DNA of 63,790 nucleotides, filler included, from Octopus bimaculoides (GCF_001194135.2; 7 parts of 7 records of this genome joined end to end with filler, not necessarily neighbours in it), one strand, 5' to 3'; shown: positions 1 to 12,199, counted from the first letter of the whole stretch. Notes: generated by a model from the sequence alone, not told the origin. Numbers and translations: made by a program.

Positions 1-479
1 TATCGCCAGCAATTGCTTCATCACAAATTGCCGTCCTAGCTCCTGTGAAAAGGGATTACCCTGCTATGTATAATCAGAGCAGCGCAAAAAGTTGTTTTGC
101 ACAAGCATTTCTATAGTCAATTACACGGATGAAATTTACGTATGCTTAATAATTTTACGCAAAAGAGCCTTCAGACTTTCCCTATTAATTTCATCGTCTT
201 TTGAATTATGAACTTATTTACATTATAAGGGTTTTTTCGTTGTAAGGCTTTCTTTTTTATTTGATTTTCAGCTAGCAAGACTTTTCGTAGATGGCGTAAT
301 AAGTCACACCCGGACAAGGTCGGGTTATACTGCTAGTTTGCTATAAAAATGTATTTTTTAATGAGATGTGAATTACCTTAACCAATATTAATACATTTAT
401 AAGGATTTAACATGGATTTTTTCAATTCTCTGATGCATCACAAAAAAAATAAAAGAGAAAAAATAGTAAAGGTACTCAC

Positions 480-960
480 CAGTAGTCATCAGAAAATCTC
501 TGTAGAATGGAAAGCGAAACTGTCCTATTAATATGCACAAATATTGATGCATATTTGGGAACATTTGGTTGAAGCCCGTTGCATTCGTTGCAAAGTTTGA
601 AAAAGCACCAGTGCTCATAACTCCATGAGGATGGTAACCAACTATATAGTTCTTGGATGGATCAAGCTCTGCTGTCTTGATGAGCTTTATAGGAAAGTAA
701 TCAGCAAAGTATTTCCAAATGGGATTGTTAAATTGCCACAGAAGACGACGGCCTCCTTGTTCACATGTGTTGATGTCATAGATGTACCATATTAAATAAG
801 CCAGAGGTATGAAATAATATTTAGTGAACAAGAGGTAGATGAAGATGGCAAGACTTCCAAAACCCAAACATATGAAACCCAGTGTCCATAGAAAGGCAAA
901 AGCTGTCTGTATACGTCTTTCAAAAGGAATTGGAGCAAACACTGATCCTAATATATTCAT
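480..960 (-). CDS. MOGAT: First coding exon of a DGAT2/MOGAT-family acyltransferase (2-acylglycerol O-acyltransferase-like); gene continues beyond the left edge
   Basis: ORF MNILGSVFAPIPFERRIQT...QGGRR...WKYFADYFPIKLIKTAELDPSKNYIVGYHPHG...FRFPFYRDFLMTTG carries the YFP and HPHG motifs of the family. Phase-1 donor G|GTGAGT at 480/479; ORF residues after TTG are intron read-through. The paralogue cannot be assigned. Confidence 0.9.
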
Positions 961-1142
961 AGTTAGCCTAAAAGCAATAAAATTTCAAATATGTGTTACC
1001 TGAATAGAGAATATCTATAATCATATGTGTTCCAAATGACTAAACAATATAAAAGAGAGAAAATGTCACTAGGGTGAATTGTATGTAGTAGAATAATAGT
1101 AATGTACTTGTCTTTTCTGACACTGGAAAAAAAGATATGAAA

Positions 1143-1435
1143 ATGCTACCTCAACGTGTTACTGAATGAAGAGAATGCATGGAACAAATAGGGGGTGCTG
1201 CAAGTAGACCCAACAAAAAGAGCAACCATTGAAGTTGACAGCTGTATCTGTGAAAGCACAACTAAAGATAAGAAAGTGGAGAAGACAGCTGACCCATTAG
1301 GAACATTCACTGGTAGATTGATAACTGTGAACCCAATAACTGGCCTAACAGTCTGATCATCAACTGCTACAAGGGCAAAGGAGATGCCCCAGAGGGCTAG
1401 CTGCAGAGGTATCAAATTAATGGACCAAGTTACTG
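1143..1435 (+). mobile_element. Decayed RTE-type LINE ORF2 fragment (pre-RT region)
   Basis: Frameshifted translation gives YLNVLLNEENAW... and IINCYKGKGDA...RGIKLMDQV, resembling the RTE motif CYKGKGDALxRGNYRGIKLLDQVMK; contains stops. Confidence 0.6.
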
Positions 1436-2850
1436 AGAATTATATCACAATTATATGACACATGACTAGTAGCTGAAAATCTGTGTCATTGGTTTCCTAC
1501 TGAGGTGTTGCAACATCCTTTGTATCACAGATGGAAGATAGGGTAGTCATCAGGTTTTAAATTTAATGCAAAATTTTGCTTCCCTACCACATGCTCACTG
1601 CCTGCTAGTGAAGTATCTGTCTGTCTGCCTGTCTGCCTGTTGCTGGCCTGTTGATTCTTTGGCTACTGACAGCTAATACCATGACTGGCCGGAGCGAGCT
1701 AACCAAACATCTACGTAGACCTGTGGCGAAATAATAAACAAAATTAGTCTCTGTTCTTAGTATGAGGATTATGGCTCAGGTCTTTGTGAAACTCTTAGTG
1801 GCAGTAATTAAGGTTGCAGGCACTTTTGCCAAATGGATACACTTCAGCAGCCATGAGTGGGCAAGCTGAGGATCCTAACAAATAGAAAGATAAAGATCAG
1901 AGAAAATATCAACGAAAGTAAAATTGAATGGACATTCTGATGGTAAGTTAATGGAGATAGTGAATACTGTTTTTGTGAGATGGGTACATGATTGTTCAAA
2001 TCGGTTAACGATGCCAATAGATAATTAAAATGTAAAGGAAGTTAACTTACAAAGCAGCAAGTATGATAAATACTACATGAAGTGAGTTAACAAGTAGTTT
2101 CATCGATTCATAGACAACCAAACAGGTTTATAAGACTTGATAGATATTGGAAGACTACAAATTTGAAACTTATTTGTTTTGTTGGTAACCCTTCTCATTC
2201 CGATCGTAAGCCCAATTGTAAATACAATCACGAACCAGAACAATGGAATATAATACAACTATGTTTGCTGTAGGTAGTAAGCAATTCAGTGAGAAACTGC
2301 AGCATACAATCTTAAAATAGAAAAAGGACACGTTGACGTTCGTATCCTTGGGCTTTTGTATGATTATAAAAGGCAGTGTAGTCACAGCTGCAATACATTT
2401 GATCATAAACATGCTCGAATACAGTGGCGGTTCAAAGGTAAAATTTGTTGGGGTGCTGCTTCAGAAAATTTTTAGCCGTTGTTTTAATATTGTGTAGAAG
2501 GAAACAAACATATAAAAAGAAAATTTATGCATAATCTTGATCGGTTCGTATTTTCGCCACTGCCGGGTGGTGTGTTCAATTTTTTCACTGTACACCGCTG
2601 CGAATTCCCCCTTATTTTTCAAAAATCTCCCGTAAATCACAAAATAAACGGGGGTGGGATGTGCCCTATTTTACAAATCCTGGTAGCAACACTGAAGCTG
2701 GAAGCAGGATAATAATCTAATTCTACACTTAATCACATTCAAGAATATAAATACGTTAAGTACAACACACACGGATTCAAAAAGAAACATCACTTTTCAC
2801 CCGGCAGCGTAATTTTTTCCACGAGAGTTCTGGACCCCAGTAATGAACTC

Positions 2851-2868
2851 ATTTGCATACAGCCAATC
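2851..2868. promoter_or_regulatory. Adjacent octamer and CCAAT box, possible proximal promoter/enhancer of the MOGAT-like gene
   Basis: ATTTGCAT (2851-2858, octamer on minus) followed by agCCAATcag; motif match only. Confidence 0.25.
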
Positions 2869-3222
2869 AGAGCAGAGCTATCTTTAGTTAGTACCATTCA
2901 TTCCTTACTCTTTCCCTTTCTACTGACAGACAACAACCTTTTTATCACTATCGAAAAAAAAAAATCGCTATCACAACGAGTACTACTGTCTCTCTAACTA
3001 CCTGTTGGGCAAACGAATAAATATATGTAAATAATATTTCTTCCTTCTTGGTGTTGATCCTTCGATGTTCACTGATTACTCCGACTTGCCCAACCTGAAT
3101 TGCTGGATTTATTTCATTTTTTTTTTTTTTTTAGAAAAGTGTTTTTAAAACGTTATAGAGGTTTAAAAACATTTTTCTGGAAAAAATGAAAAATAACTCC
3201 AGCAATTCAGTTTGGGCGAATG

Positions 3223-3571
3223 TTGTTGTTGGCACTCCGTCGCTTACGACGTCGAGGGTTCCAGTTGATCCGATCAGCGGAACAGCCTGCTAGTGAAATT
3301 AACGTCCAAGTGGCTGAGCACTCCACAGACACGTGTACCCTTAATATCCTCGGGGATACTCAGCATGACACAGTGTGACAAGGCTGAATTACAGGAACAA
3401 CAGAAACTAAGAATGAGAGAAAGTTATGGTGAATGAGTACAGCAAGGTTCGCCACCATCCCCTGCCGGAGCCTCATGTGTTTTCGCTCAATAAACACTCA
3501 CAACGCCCGGTCTGGGAATCGAAACCGCGAGTCCGCTGCCCTAACCACTGGGCCATTGCGCCTCCACTACA
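3223..3571 (-). mobile_element. tRNA(Arg-like)-derived SINE, family B, full length
   Basis: Head ggaggcgcaatggcccagtggttagggcagcggactcgcgg with A/B boxes; (AAC)n tail; 11-bp TSD ttgggcgaatg at 3212-3222 and 3572-3582. Confidence 0.9.
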
Positions 3572-5203
3572 TTGGGCGAATGAATTATTATGACAACGTC
3601 GAAGTAACCAGTGAACATCGAAGAATCAACACCAAGAAGGAAGGAATATTAGTTACATATATTTATTCGTTTGCCCGGCAGGTAGTTGGAGAGACAGTAG
3701 TACTTGTATTGATTGCGAAATTTTTTTCGACAGTGACAAAATGAGTTCACAAAAAAAAGAAAAAGAAACCGAACGAAAACTAATTTGGCCTAAGGGAGGC
3801 AACTCTTGTTAAACTATGACTAGTGCTGTTCAGAAACTTTATGGCATTGCTTGAATGTAGATACTGCCAGTGTCTGATGGAAGGTATTTTACAAACGGCC
3901 TTGAAAGGCCTATCAAAGCCAGTGGATCCTTTATTTTCAAGATGGAGACTACGAAAAGACTTAACTGTTATTTAACTGCTCTTCTGTTGTATCTGAGATC
4001 AGTATGCAAATGATAAACTCACACACAGGGATTCTGTTTCTCCTCTTTTATTATAGTTAGACAATTTGTTAATCATTTTACCAATTGATTCATCGATTGT
4101 TTTATGTTTGGCATTAAATATATAATTAGTTGGTTAGAGGCGTGTTTTTGAACTATTATTATTACGTGACCACGTATGGTCCAGCAAAACAGTTCATCCT
4201 TTGGAACTAAGGACACGGGAAATCAGCGGTGTGTGTGTATCGCATCTGTCTTATTCTTTCTCCTATATAAACTGTTGTATAATTGACCCTAATAAAAATT
4301 AATTAGACGGAACAAATGCGAAAGTAATTTGATGCTAAAGTTTGTTGATGTAAAAGTTTAGAAAATTTTCTTCCCTTATATCCTTTATTTGCTAAATGAA
4401 TATTGCACTTTTAAACATTTACCTGTTTTAGCCAGAAATTCTGCTTTAAACACGGTGTAAAGTGTGCTTGGCAATTGGGTTCGAAATGCTTATACCTTAT
4501 TTTATCGATTGTAATTGTAAACCTTAAAGATTCGCAGCTAAATATTGCCTGACATGCTCCACCAATTCTGTCAATCTACCATATGCCTCTCGATTCATAT
4601 TAAACTCTGATTTCATCTCCACAAAATCCATTTTAAACACAGCACTTAATGAGTAGGTTTATGATCAATAACATTCCAACCGTGACCATCTCGAAATTTT
4701 GAGGGACAGCTAGAAAATACATTATAAAAAATGCTTATTCCTTATTTTAAACAATAAAGCTTGGATTAAGAGATATTTGGCTGCTATTTCTGCCATGTTG
4801 AGCAAACACGTCACTTGGATATGAATACAGTGCGAGTTATTTTCATCTGATAAGATCTATGAGCGAAATAGTTGCTGCCTTTTTGATATATCAAGGACTA
4901 TATTGGCTTCGATGTTTTCTGCTCTTATGACAAGTTGTGATTTCAGGGAACCCGGTTTTAACTTGTCTTAGCTCGAGTTGTCACATAAAAACTTCGTAAG
5001 CTCGGGATATAGAAGAACTAAAGAAAGATAACTATTCATTGCTTCGTCTAGTTGCCAGACAAGATAACTCTAATTTTCTTTACTTCGTCGATCAGACTGA
5101 CTGCAGTATTGGATCTTTTCTGTTTGACTGCCACGGTCAATTTCTGTTCGAATTGATTTCATATTCATTGCAATGATAATTTTTATAGGTTAATCAATGC
5201 CAT

Positions 5204-5574
5204 CGTGGAGGCGCAATGGCCCAGTGATTAGGGCAGCGGACTCGCGGTTTCGATTCCCAGACCGGGCGTTGTGAATGTTTATTGAGCGAAAACACCTAAA
5301 GCTCCACGAGGCTCCGGCAGGGGATGGTGGCGAACCCTGCTGTACTCTTTCACCAAAACTTTCTCTCACTCTTACTTCCTGTTTCTGTTGTGCCTGCAAT
5401 TCAAAGGGTCAGCCTTGTCACACTGTGTCACGCTGAATATCCCCGAGAACTACGTTAAGAGTACACGTGTCTGTGGAGTGCTCAGCCACTTGCACGTTAA
5501 TTTCACGAGCAGGCTGTTCCGTTGTTCGGATCGACTGGAACCCTCGACGTCGTAAGCGATGGAGTGCCATCATC
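5204..5574 (+). mobile_element. tRNA(Arg-like)-derived SINE, family B, full length
   Basis: Same head and body as the 3223 copy; 12-bp TSD aatcaatgccat at 5192-5203 and 5575-5586. Confidence 0.9.
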
Positions 5575-5586
5575 AATCAATGCCAT

Positions 5587-5990
5587 GAAAATCATTTTCG
5601 CCACAAATCAATAAATTTATTAGCTATTAAAGTCATCCAGTTAAAGTTGGTGGTCCTGGGAAAATTGTGGAGATCAATGAAACAGTCTGAGCAGCGGAGG
5701 AGTGTGTCGCGAGACCAGACAGGTTTTTCTTTATACGGTGTCATATCGGAATCGTAACATACGTCACTCGATTCTTCTAGGAACCACAATTTTCAGCGAT
5801 TTGTGGAGAGTGTACTCACACATTCGTGAAATTGATGGTTACAATTTTGAACATAGAACGGTGAACCACGGCGTTGGGTTTGTGAGGTCGAAAGATTGTG
5901 GAGAGTACATGGGCCTCTGTAAAGCAAGGTAATAAACGACACTGTGAACTCACTCATATCTTCGTGAATATGTGGCGCAGAACACCCGAG
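5587..5990 (+). mobile_element. Merlin (IS1016/ISXO2-like) DDE transposase relic, internally deleted and frameshifted
   Basis: Pieces VKVGGPGKIVEINET; GVCRETRQVFLYTVSYR; ILLGTTIFSDLWRVY; HRTVNHGVGFV; VESTWASVKQGNKRHC; MWRR follow the Merlin motif order (GGPGxIVEIDES, TIxSDxWxAY, VNHS, IESxW). Confidence 0.8.
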
Positions 5991-7920
5991 CATATACATT
6001 TTTTCTTTAAAAAAAAAAAGTTCAAAATTGTAATTGTATGGCAAGTAACTTCAACTGAGACCGTTAAAATATTTTCCTTGTGGATGTAGTTACATAGTTT
6101 CTGGTTTTATTTTTGTGAAAGAATTAATGCTATAAAGCTGGGAATCGAATTAGCAACCTTTTGTAATCGCCTGCTTATCGGTTTGTTTTCTTTATATTTG
6201 TCATGGTTCACATATAGTCTTACGTATATGAAGAAAAAAAAATCTCAATATATTTCTCTGCTTGCTTTACTAGCAATGCTTATGTAAGCAAAAATTAAAC
6301 GACGACATGAAATTTATCTTAAAATCATCAACCATACAAACAGCCTGCAAAAATATTAAAAATGGAGGTTTCTTAGAAATGGTCCGAAGTCCAGAATATA
6401 CTCAGTGTCCCACTAATGGGTCACGACTTGCGTGTTAGCGACACCCGCGTATAAGGTGTCTAAATATATAATTACAACATACCTACACAAATGCGCCTCA
6501 CCCTCGACTTTCTGCATAAATTTCAGAAAGAAGAAAAAGAAAAGGGGTGGGGGTTTTTTTAATGAAATTTTCTACAAATATTTTTTATCAAGTGGAGATT
6601 ATGATTATATCAGAATTTAATGTAGGCAAAAAAAGAGAAAAATGAGCGCGCCCACCCATACACACTGACATACATTACATATATCTGCAAAATGAAATTT
6701 GAGATATTGAAAGAAAAAAAAAAAAAAAAAAAAAAAAAANNNNNNNNNNNNNNNNNNNNNNNNNNNNNNNNNNNNNNNNNNNNNNNNNNNNNNNNNNNNN
6801 NNNNNNNNNNNNNNNNNNNNNNNNNNNNNNNNNNNNNNNNNNNNNNNNNNNNNNNNNNNNNNNNNNNNNNNNNNNNNNNNNNNNNNNNNNNNNNNNNNNN
6901 NNNNNNNNNNNNNNNNNNNNNNNNNNNNNNNNNNNNNNNNNNNNNNNNNNNNNNNNNNNNNNNNNNNNNNNNNNNNNNNNNNNNNNNNNNNNNNNNNNNN
7001 NNNNNNNNNNNNNNNNNNNNNNNNNNNNNNNNNNNNNNNNNNNNNNNNNNNNNNNNNNNNNNNNNNNNNNNNNNNNNNNNNNNNNNNNNNNNNNNNNNNN
7101 NNNNNNNNNNNNNNNNNNNNNNNNNNNNNNNNNNNNNNNNNNNNNNNNNNNNNNNNNNNNNNNNNNNNNNNNNNNNNNNNNNNNNNNNNNNNNNNNNNNN
7201 NNNNNNNNNNNNNNNNNNNNNNNNNNNNNNNNNNNNNNNNNNNNNNNNNNNNNNNNNNNNNNNNNNNNNNNNNNNNNNNNNNNNNNNNNNNNNNNNNNNN
7301 NNNNNNNNNNNNNNNNNNNNNNNNNNNNNNNNNNNNNNNNNNNNNNNNNNNNNNNNNNNNNNNNNNNNNNNNNNNNNNNNNNNNNNNNNNNNNNNNNNNN
7401 NNNNNNNNNNNNNNNNNNNNNNNNNNNNNNNNNNNNNNNNNNNNNNNNNNNNNNNNNNNNNNNNNNNNNNNNNNNNNNNNNNNNNNNNNNNNNNNNNNNN
7501 NNNNNNNNNNNNNNNNNNNNNNNNNNNNNNNNNNNNNNNNNNNNNNNNNNNNNNNNNNNNNNNNNNNNNNNNNNNNNNNNNNNNNNNNNNNNNNNNNNNN
7601 NNNNNNNNNNNNNNNNNNNNNNNNNNNNNNNNNNNNNNNNNNNNNNNNNNNNNNNNNNNNNNNNNNNNNNNNNNNNNNNNNNNNNNNNNNNNNNNNNNNN
7701 NNNNNNNNNNNNNNNNNNNNNNNNNAAAAAAAAAAAAAAAACCCAAAAATACAACCGTGGGGTTTTGTCCACCTTTACACTTTAACTATGGTGCTTTTGT
7801 CCAACACTCTATATCGATATACCAAAGTGTGTCAACAGAATTGCGTCATATATTTTACGACTTAGTAACGGTTACTATTCGAACGATATCGCGGGCGAGA
7901 TCTATTTTCTAAATGTAAAA

Positions 7921-8878
7921 GGCGATCTTTCGGTACGAGTTCCTAAATACGAAAGATCGTCTTAAAGGGCGATCTGGCCGATCTTTGGTAAAGATCGCCG
8001 AAGACACTTTTTACAGAAAAGGCCGATATTTAGGAACTCGTACCGAAAGATCGCCTAAAGACAGATTAAGCAAAGATAAATTGAGCAACAAGAAAAAAAA
8101 TTAATAAGCAAAAATAAATTGAGAAACATGAAAAAAAAATTAATGAAACAAACACAATATTTAGTGCATCAATCATTTTATTAAGCAATAATTGGTAGTG
8201 GGTTCGTGCAGTCCAAGGGTCACCATATCTTGATAGGCGTTTTCCATAATGAAGACTGGGAGAAAGAGAAGGACTTTGTCGAAAGTTTTCAAACACTAGA
8301 GACTAGGCTCACCACCGTATAGCTCCTCGTTAATGTCGAGTTCGAACCTTGATCGCTGTCCCGAGAACCAACGCACCGATATTAGAAACTATGACGTAAT
8401 ACTAGAGTTTTAATAACGTAAAAATAAAGGAATGACACGACTTAAAAAAAAAAAAAATCATTAAATACTCCGATTTTCAAGTCGGATTAATATTGTTCAG
8501 AGAATTTTTTCTCGATCTTTCGTTACACAAAAATTAAATATATTTTCATGAGTATATGGGATTTTTTTTAAAGACAAGATAGCTCAATATTAGAATCTGC
8601 TATCTATATCCTAATAGTTTCAAGAGAAAGAGAGATATGATTTCCTTAACAGGCGTTAAAGAAATTATAAATTGAAAGACCTATTTTTAATGGCGAGATG
8701 TTCACTACGGTGTTAGGGACGGAATTCCCTAACACAAACCCTAACCCTAACTCTAAACTCTTCAAAATAAATCGCGCTCTCTGTATGTCTTTCGCTGTTA
8801 TGACGTCGTTTCCCTGTTTCTCTCCAACACCTTTTACGGAAAAGGCCGATAATTAGGAACTCGTACCGAAAGATCGCC
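7921..8878. repeat. MITE-like region with a perfect 29-bp inverted repeat and a duplicated end
   Basis: ggcgatctttcggtacgagttcctaaata (7921-7949) is the exact reverse complement of 8027-8055; the right end recurs near-identically at 8828-8878; an aaccctaaccctaa motif lies at about 8737-8752. Confidence 0.6.
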
Positions 8879-9625
8879 CGTACGATCTTCATAATGGACG
8901 GCAAAGGCATCTTTACTCACAACAATCAATAGACGGATATAAATTACTCTCTAAGTGCGTCAATTAGACAAAATCACAAGTCTTAGTACTGTCACCTGAA
9001 AACCGGCTTTCGACGCCATCTTGCCACACCCATCTTTATGATGGTGTATAAATAAGTTTAGGCTAAAATAGCTGACATCTATCATAACGCAATATCTTAA
9101 TATTCCAGCAGAAAAGAAAAAAAAATGGAGAAATCTAAAGTTTTTGTAATTGACAAGAACGTTGGTGGGTTAACAGTGGTTATTGTTTGGAGACGAGTAG
9201 AAGGGAAACAAAAGACCAACTTTTCAACAATGAACGTAACAGTACCATTAATAAAGTAAAATTAAGTACAAGAGATTAATCTCTTACATAGAAAGATTTA
9301 CATATAAATAGTCTTAAAATGAAAGTAATCACTGGAAGAATGGAAACTAGAAAAAATAATCGAAATGTATTCTATTTAAGACGAGAAGATTTCCTAGTGA
9401 CTTTCGAAGTATTATACTGTGGCAATTAAAATACCTTAAGTAAAAGAATAATTAGAATACATTAATTACATATACATATATAAAAGCAGGAGACAAATCT
9501 ATTTCTACGCAAAACGACATAACAATTATCTATTCTATCCTGAAGGAAACAAGGAATTAGAAAACCGGACAAAAAACAAAAAAAAAACAAAAACAATATT
9601 GTAATCCAAAGAGAAAATCACTCAC

Positions 9626-9975
9626 CCGTGAAGACATTTCCAGAAGGGCCACTTCTGCCAGAAATATGTTGAACCAATTGATACAATGACACAGCTCAAT
9701 CATGTTTCGGACTGAAGGGCCCCCAGGATTCCGAATCATCCCCAGAGCACTGCGAACAGTGATAGCGGGGTCGCTGAGATTCGGTGGGGGCCGGGAACTG
9801 GACCCAAGGTCAGAACACCAAGGGAGATACGAAGTAAGCGTAGTTAGTGGGGGAAATCTTTTGACAGAGACAAAACCCTCTTCCAGTCAGTCATTATGAA
9901 GACAGGACGATGGCTCACCGCCTAAGACGGGGGTTCCCTGCAATGCGCACCAGTTAGACCGTGCTGCCGAGCTCC
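9626..9975 (-). other. Putative GC-rich first exon (5'UTR or lncRNA) with uORFs
   Basis: Begins about 30 nt below a TATA box, ends at donor CGG|GTGAGT (9626/9625), and is much more GC-rich than its flanks. TSS is approximate. Confidence 0.55.
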
Positions 9976-9996
9976 GAAGAGCCGATCGCGCAACGG

Positions 9997-10061
9997 CCTT
10001 ATATAGCAGTGGATGACGTCATCGATAAAATTGCGCATCCAATCGCCCATTGGCTGACTCA
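9997..10061 (-). promoter_or_regulatory. Pol II promoter: TATA, CRE, C/EBP-like, two CCAAT, AP-1
   Basis: TATATAA (10005-9999, minus); GATGACGTCATC (10012-10023); TTGCGCAT (10031-10038); CCAAT 10039-10043 and ATTGG 10049-10053; TGACTCA 10055-10061. Confidence 0.65.
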
Positions 10062-10717
10062 TTTACAGTACTTGGAAACATGCCACAACTTGTATCGTCG
10101 TGACTTGTTTTTGTTTATTTCTTATCGCAACCTATGATCGATAAGAAGAATAAAAAACAAACAGTTCAGAAAAGGTCACAGAAATACTTCGTTGTTAGCA
10201 ACTTTGCATTAATGTAATATTTTCTATTTGTATTTGGTTTCTAAAACTTTAGATATTGACGTAAACCAGTAACTATAGAAACTATCATATTTTGATAAAC
10301 TGCTGTTTATCTCTTGTTCAGCTCTGATCGAGTAGACTTAGGATCAATGGCCATCTCGTCTTTTTGTATATCTAAAACTAAATTCTCTAACTACGTTAAG
10401 ACATTAGGTGTGATTTGAAGGAAACTTGGCTGCTATTTTTAGTAGGTTGAGCAACCGAGTACAAGCTCCTCCGTTAACCTGTTTCGTCCCACGCCCATGA
10501 AGGAGGGTGGCTTGTCAGGGCGACTAAGTCAATGGTTTGCAGTATTTAGTGACATGTCCTTATATTTTCAGTTCAATTTCAACTGAATTCAACCACGCCT
10601 TTCATCTTTTCAGGTCAATGAAACATGATACCAGCGGAGTAATTGAGATCGCTTTAATCGATTGCCACCTCTCCCACTAAACGTGAGGATTTATGCCTCA
10701 GAAATGAGTATTATACA

Positions 10718-10786
<69 letters not shown>

Positions 10787-10893
10787 TAGATATATAAAAC
10801 TTACTTGGGAAAGGATGCGTGGCGTTCGATCATATAATAATATAAATAATATATAAACATATCCATATATCCATACATATATATATACATACC

Positions 10894-10926
<33 letters not shown>

Positions 10927-10964
10927 CATACATACATACATACATACATACATACATACATAAT

Positions 10965-11193
10965 AAGGCGGCGAGCTGGCAGAATCGTTAGCACGTCGGG
11001 CAAAATGCTTAGCAGTATTTCGTCTGCCGCTACGTTCTGAGTTCAAATTCCGCCGAGGTCGACTTTGCCTTTCATCCTTTCGGGGTCGATTAAATAAGTA
11101 CCAGTTACGCATCGGGGCCGACATAATCGACTTAATCCCTTTGTCTGTCCTTGTTTGTCCCTTCTATGTTTAGCCCCTTGTGGGCAATAAAGA
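10965..11193 (+). mobile_element. tRNA-derived SINE, family A
   Basis: aaggcggcgagctggcagaatcgttagc...gagttcaaattccgccgaggtcgactttgcctttcatcc...taagtaccag; many homologous copies in the window. Confidence 0.85.
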
Positions 11194-11936
11194 ATTATAT
11201 ATATATATACACACCCACATCTATATGTATACATTACATACATGCATATATGGGCACAGGACATTAAAAAAAAAAAAACGTTAATCACAATGAGAAACGA
11301 AAACAGAAAACGAACTTTTTTCGAACAACAAAAAAAAAAAAAACAGAGAAACAAGACATGCAGTTAAAACATAGCCAGGTTTACACGTTTTTTATTATGG
11401 TATTTTAATAAAATTAGCGCTTTCATACACAGTGGGGTTGGCAAAATTAGCAACCGGGGAAAAATAGTAATTTCTGATTTCTCGTTATTTTCCTCCACCA
11501 CCCCTGTTTGAAACCATTAAGTTGCAAGTATTGCATCATCATTTTGTACTGTTGCTTCATCTTTAGGGATAAAATTGATCAGCACAGTTGTTGTTGAAGT
11601 TGAGAAAGTTTGGAAACATTGTGTAGCTTGCATACGAACCACATAGTTCGGATCTTTTTTAAAATGGGGGTCACATTTTTCATTAATGTTTTACGTAGTG
11701 TTTTTGGAACCGAAAGACTTTCAAACTTCGTATACTTATCTATTTTGTGTGATAGAACAGAAAAATATTTTTGTATTCGAATTTATTTCATGTAAAAAAT
11801 TGTCTTATTTCGATAATTTCAACCAATCACTGACATTCAGTTGTTTATATTTACTCCTTTGGCTGATTAAGCGGTGTAAAGCGTATTTAATTTCCATAGC
11901 TTCGTTTTTCTTTTTTCTTTTAAAATTTGCTGTTTT

Positions 11937-11984
11937 ACCCTAACCCTAACCCTAACTCTAACCCTAACCCTAACCCTAACCCTA
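11937..11984 (+). repeat. Interstitial telomere-like (TAACCC)n, about 7.5 units
   Basis: accc(taaccc)2 taactc (taaccc)4 ta. Confidence 0.9.
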
Positions 11985-12014
11985 TCACTGATAGAATTGT
12001 TTCAGAATCGTTTG

Positions 12015-12114
12015 NNNNNNNNNNNNNNNNNNNNNNNNNNNNNNNNNNNNNNNNNNNNTTAATTAATTAANNNNNNNNNNNNNNNNNNNNNNNNNNNNNN
12101 NNNNNNNNNNNNNN
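12015..12114. other. Artificial scaffold linker (first of six; others at 21501, 40012, 53596, 59641, 62523)
   Basis: Exactly 44 N + TTAATTAATTAA + 44 N each time; the 12-mer has stop codons in all six frames. Confidence 0.95.

Positions 12115-12199
<85 letters not shown>

Noticed and set aside
1-42. Possible next MOGAT exon after acceptor cttttcacag
   Set aside because: Phase-1 translation (GARTAICDEAIAGD) does not resemble the expected family sequence.
6610-7912. Long ORFs containing X runs (here and at all other gaps), and YI/CV/TH/LL/VV/MM repeat ORFs
   Set aside because: Artefacts of N gaps and microsatellites.
9626-9975. Telomerase RNA (Pol II promoter, suitable size, P6.1-like GACC-UUG-GGUC hairpin, ANANNA and ACA motifs)
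   Set aside because: No CCCUAA-type template on either strand, and the H-box to ACA spacing (30 nt) is too short.
9950-9975. U6-like start (ctcggcagcac)
   Set aside because: Similarity ends after about 11 nt; no ACAGAGA box or U6 3' stem.
11980-11995. tetO look-alike CCCTATCACTGATAGA
   Set aside because: Short palindrome continuous with the TAACCC array; no other vector sequence, so most likely coincidence.
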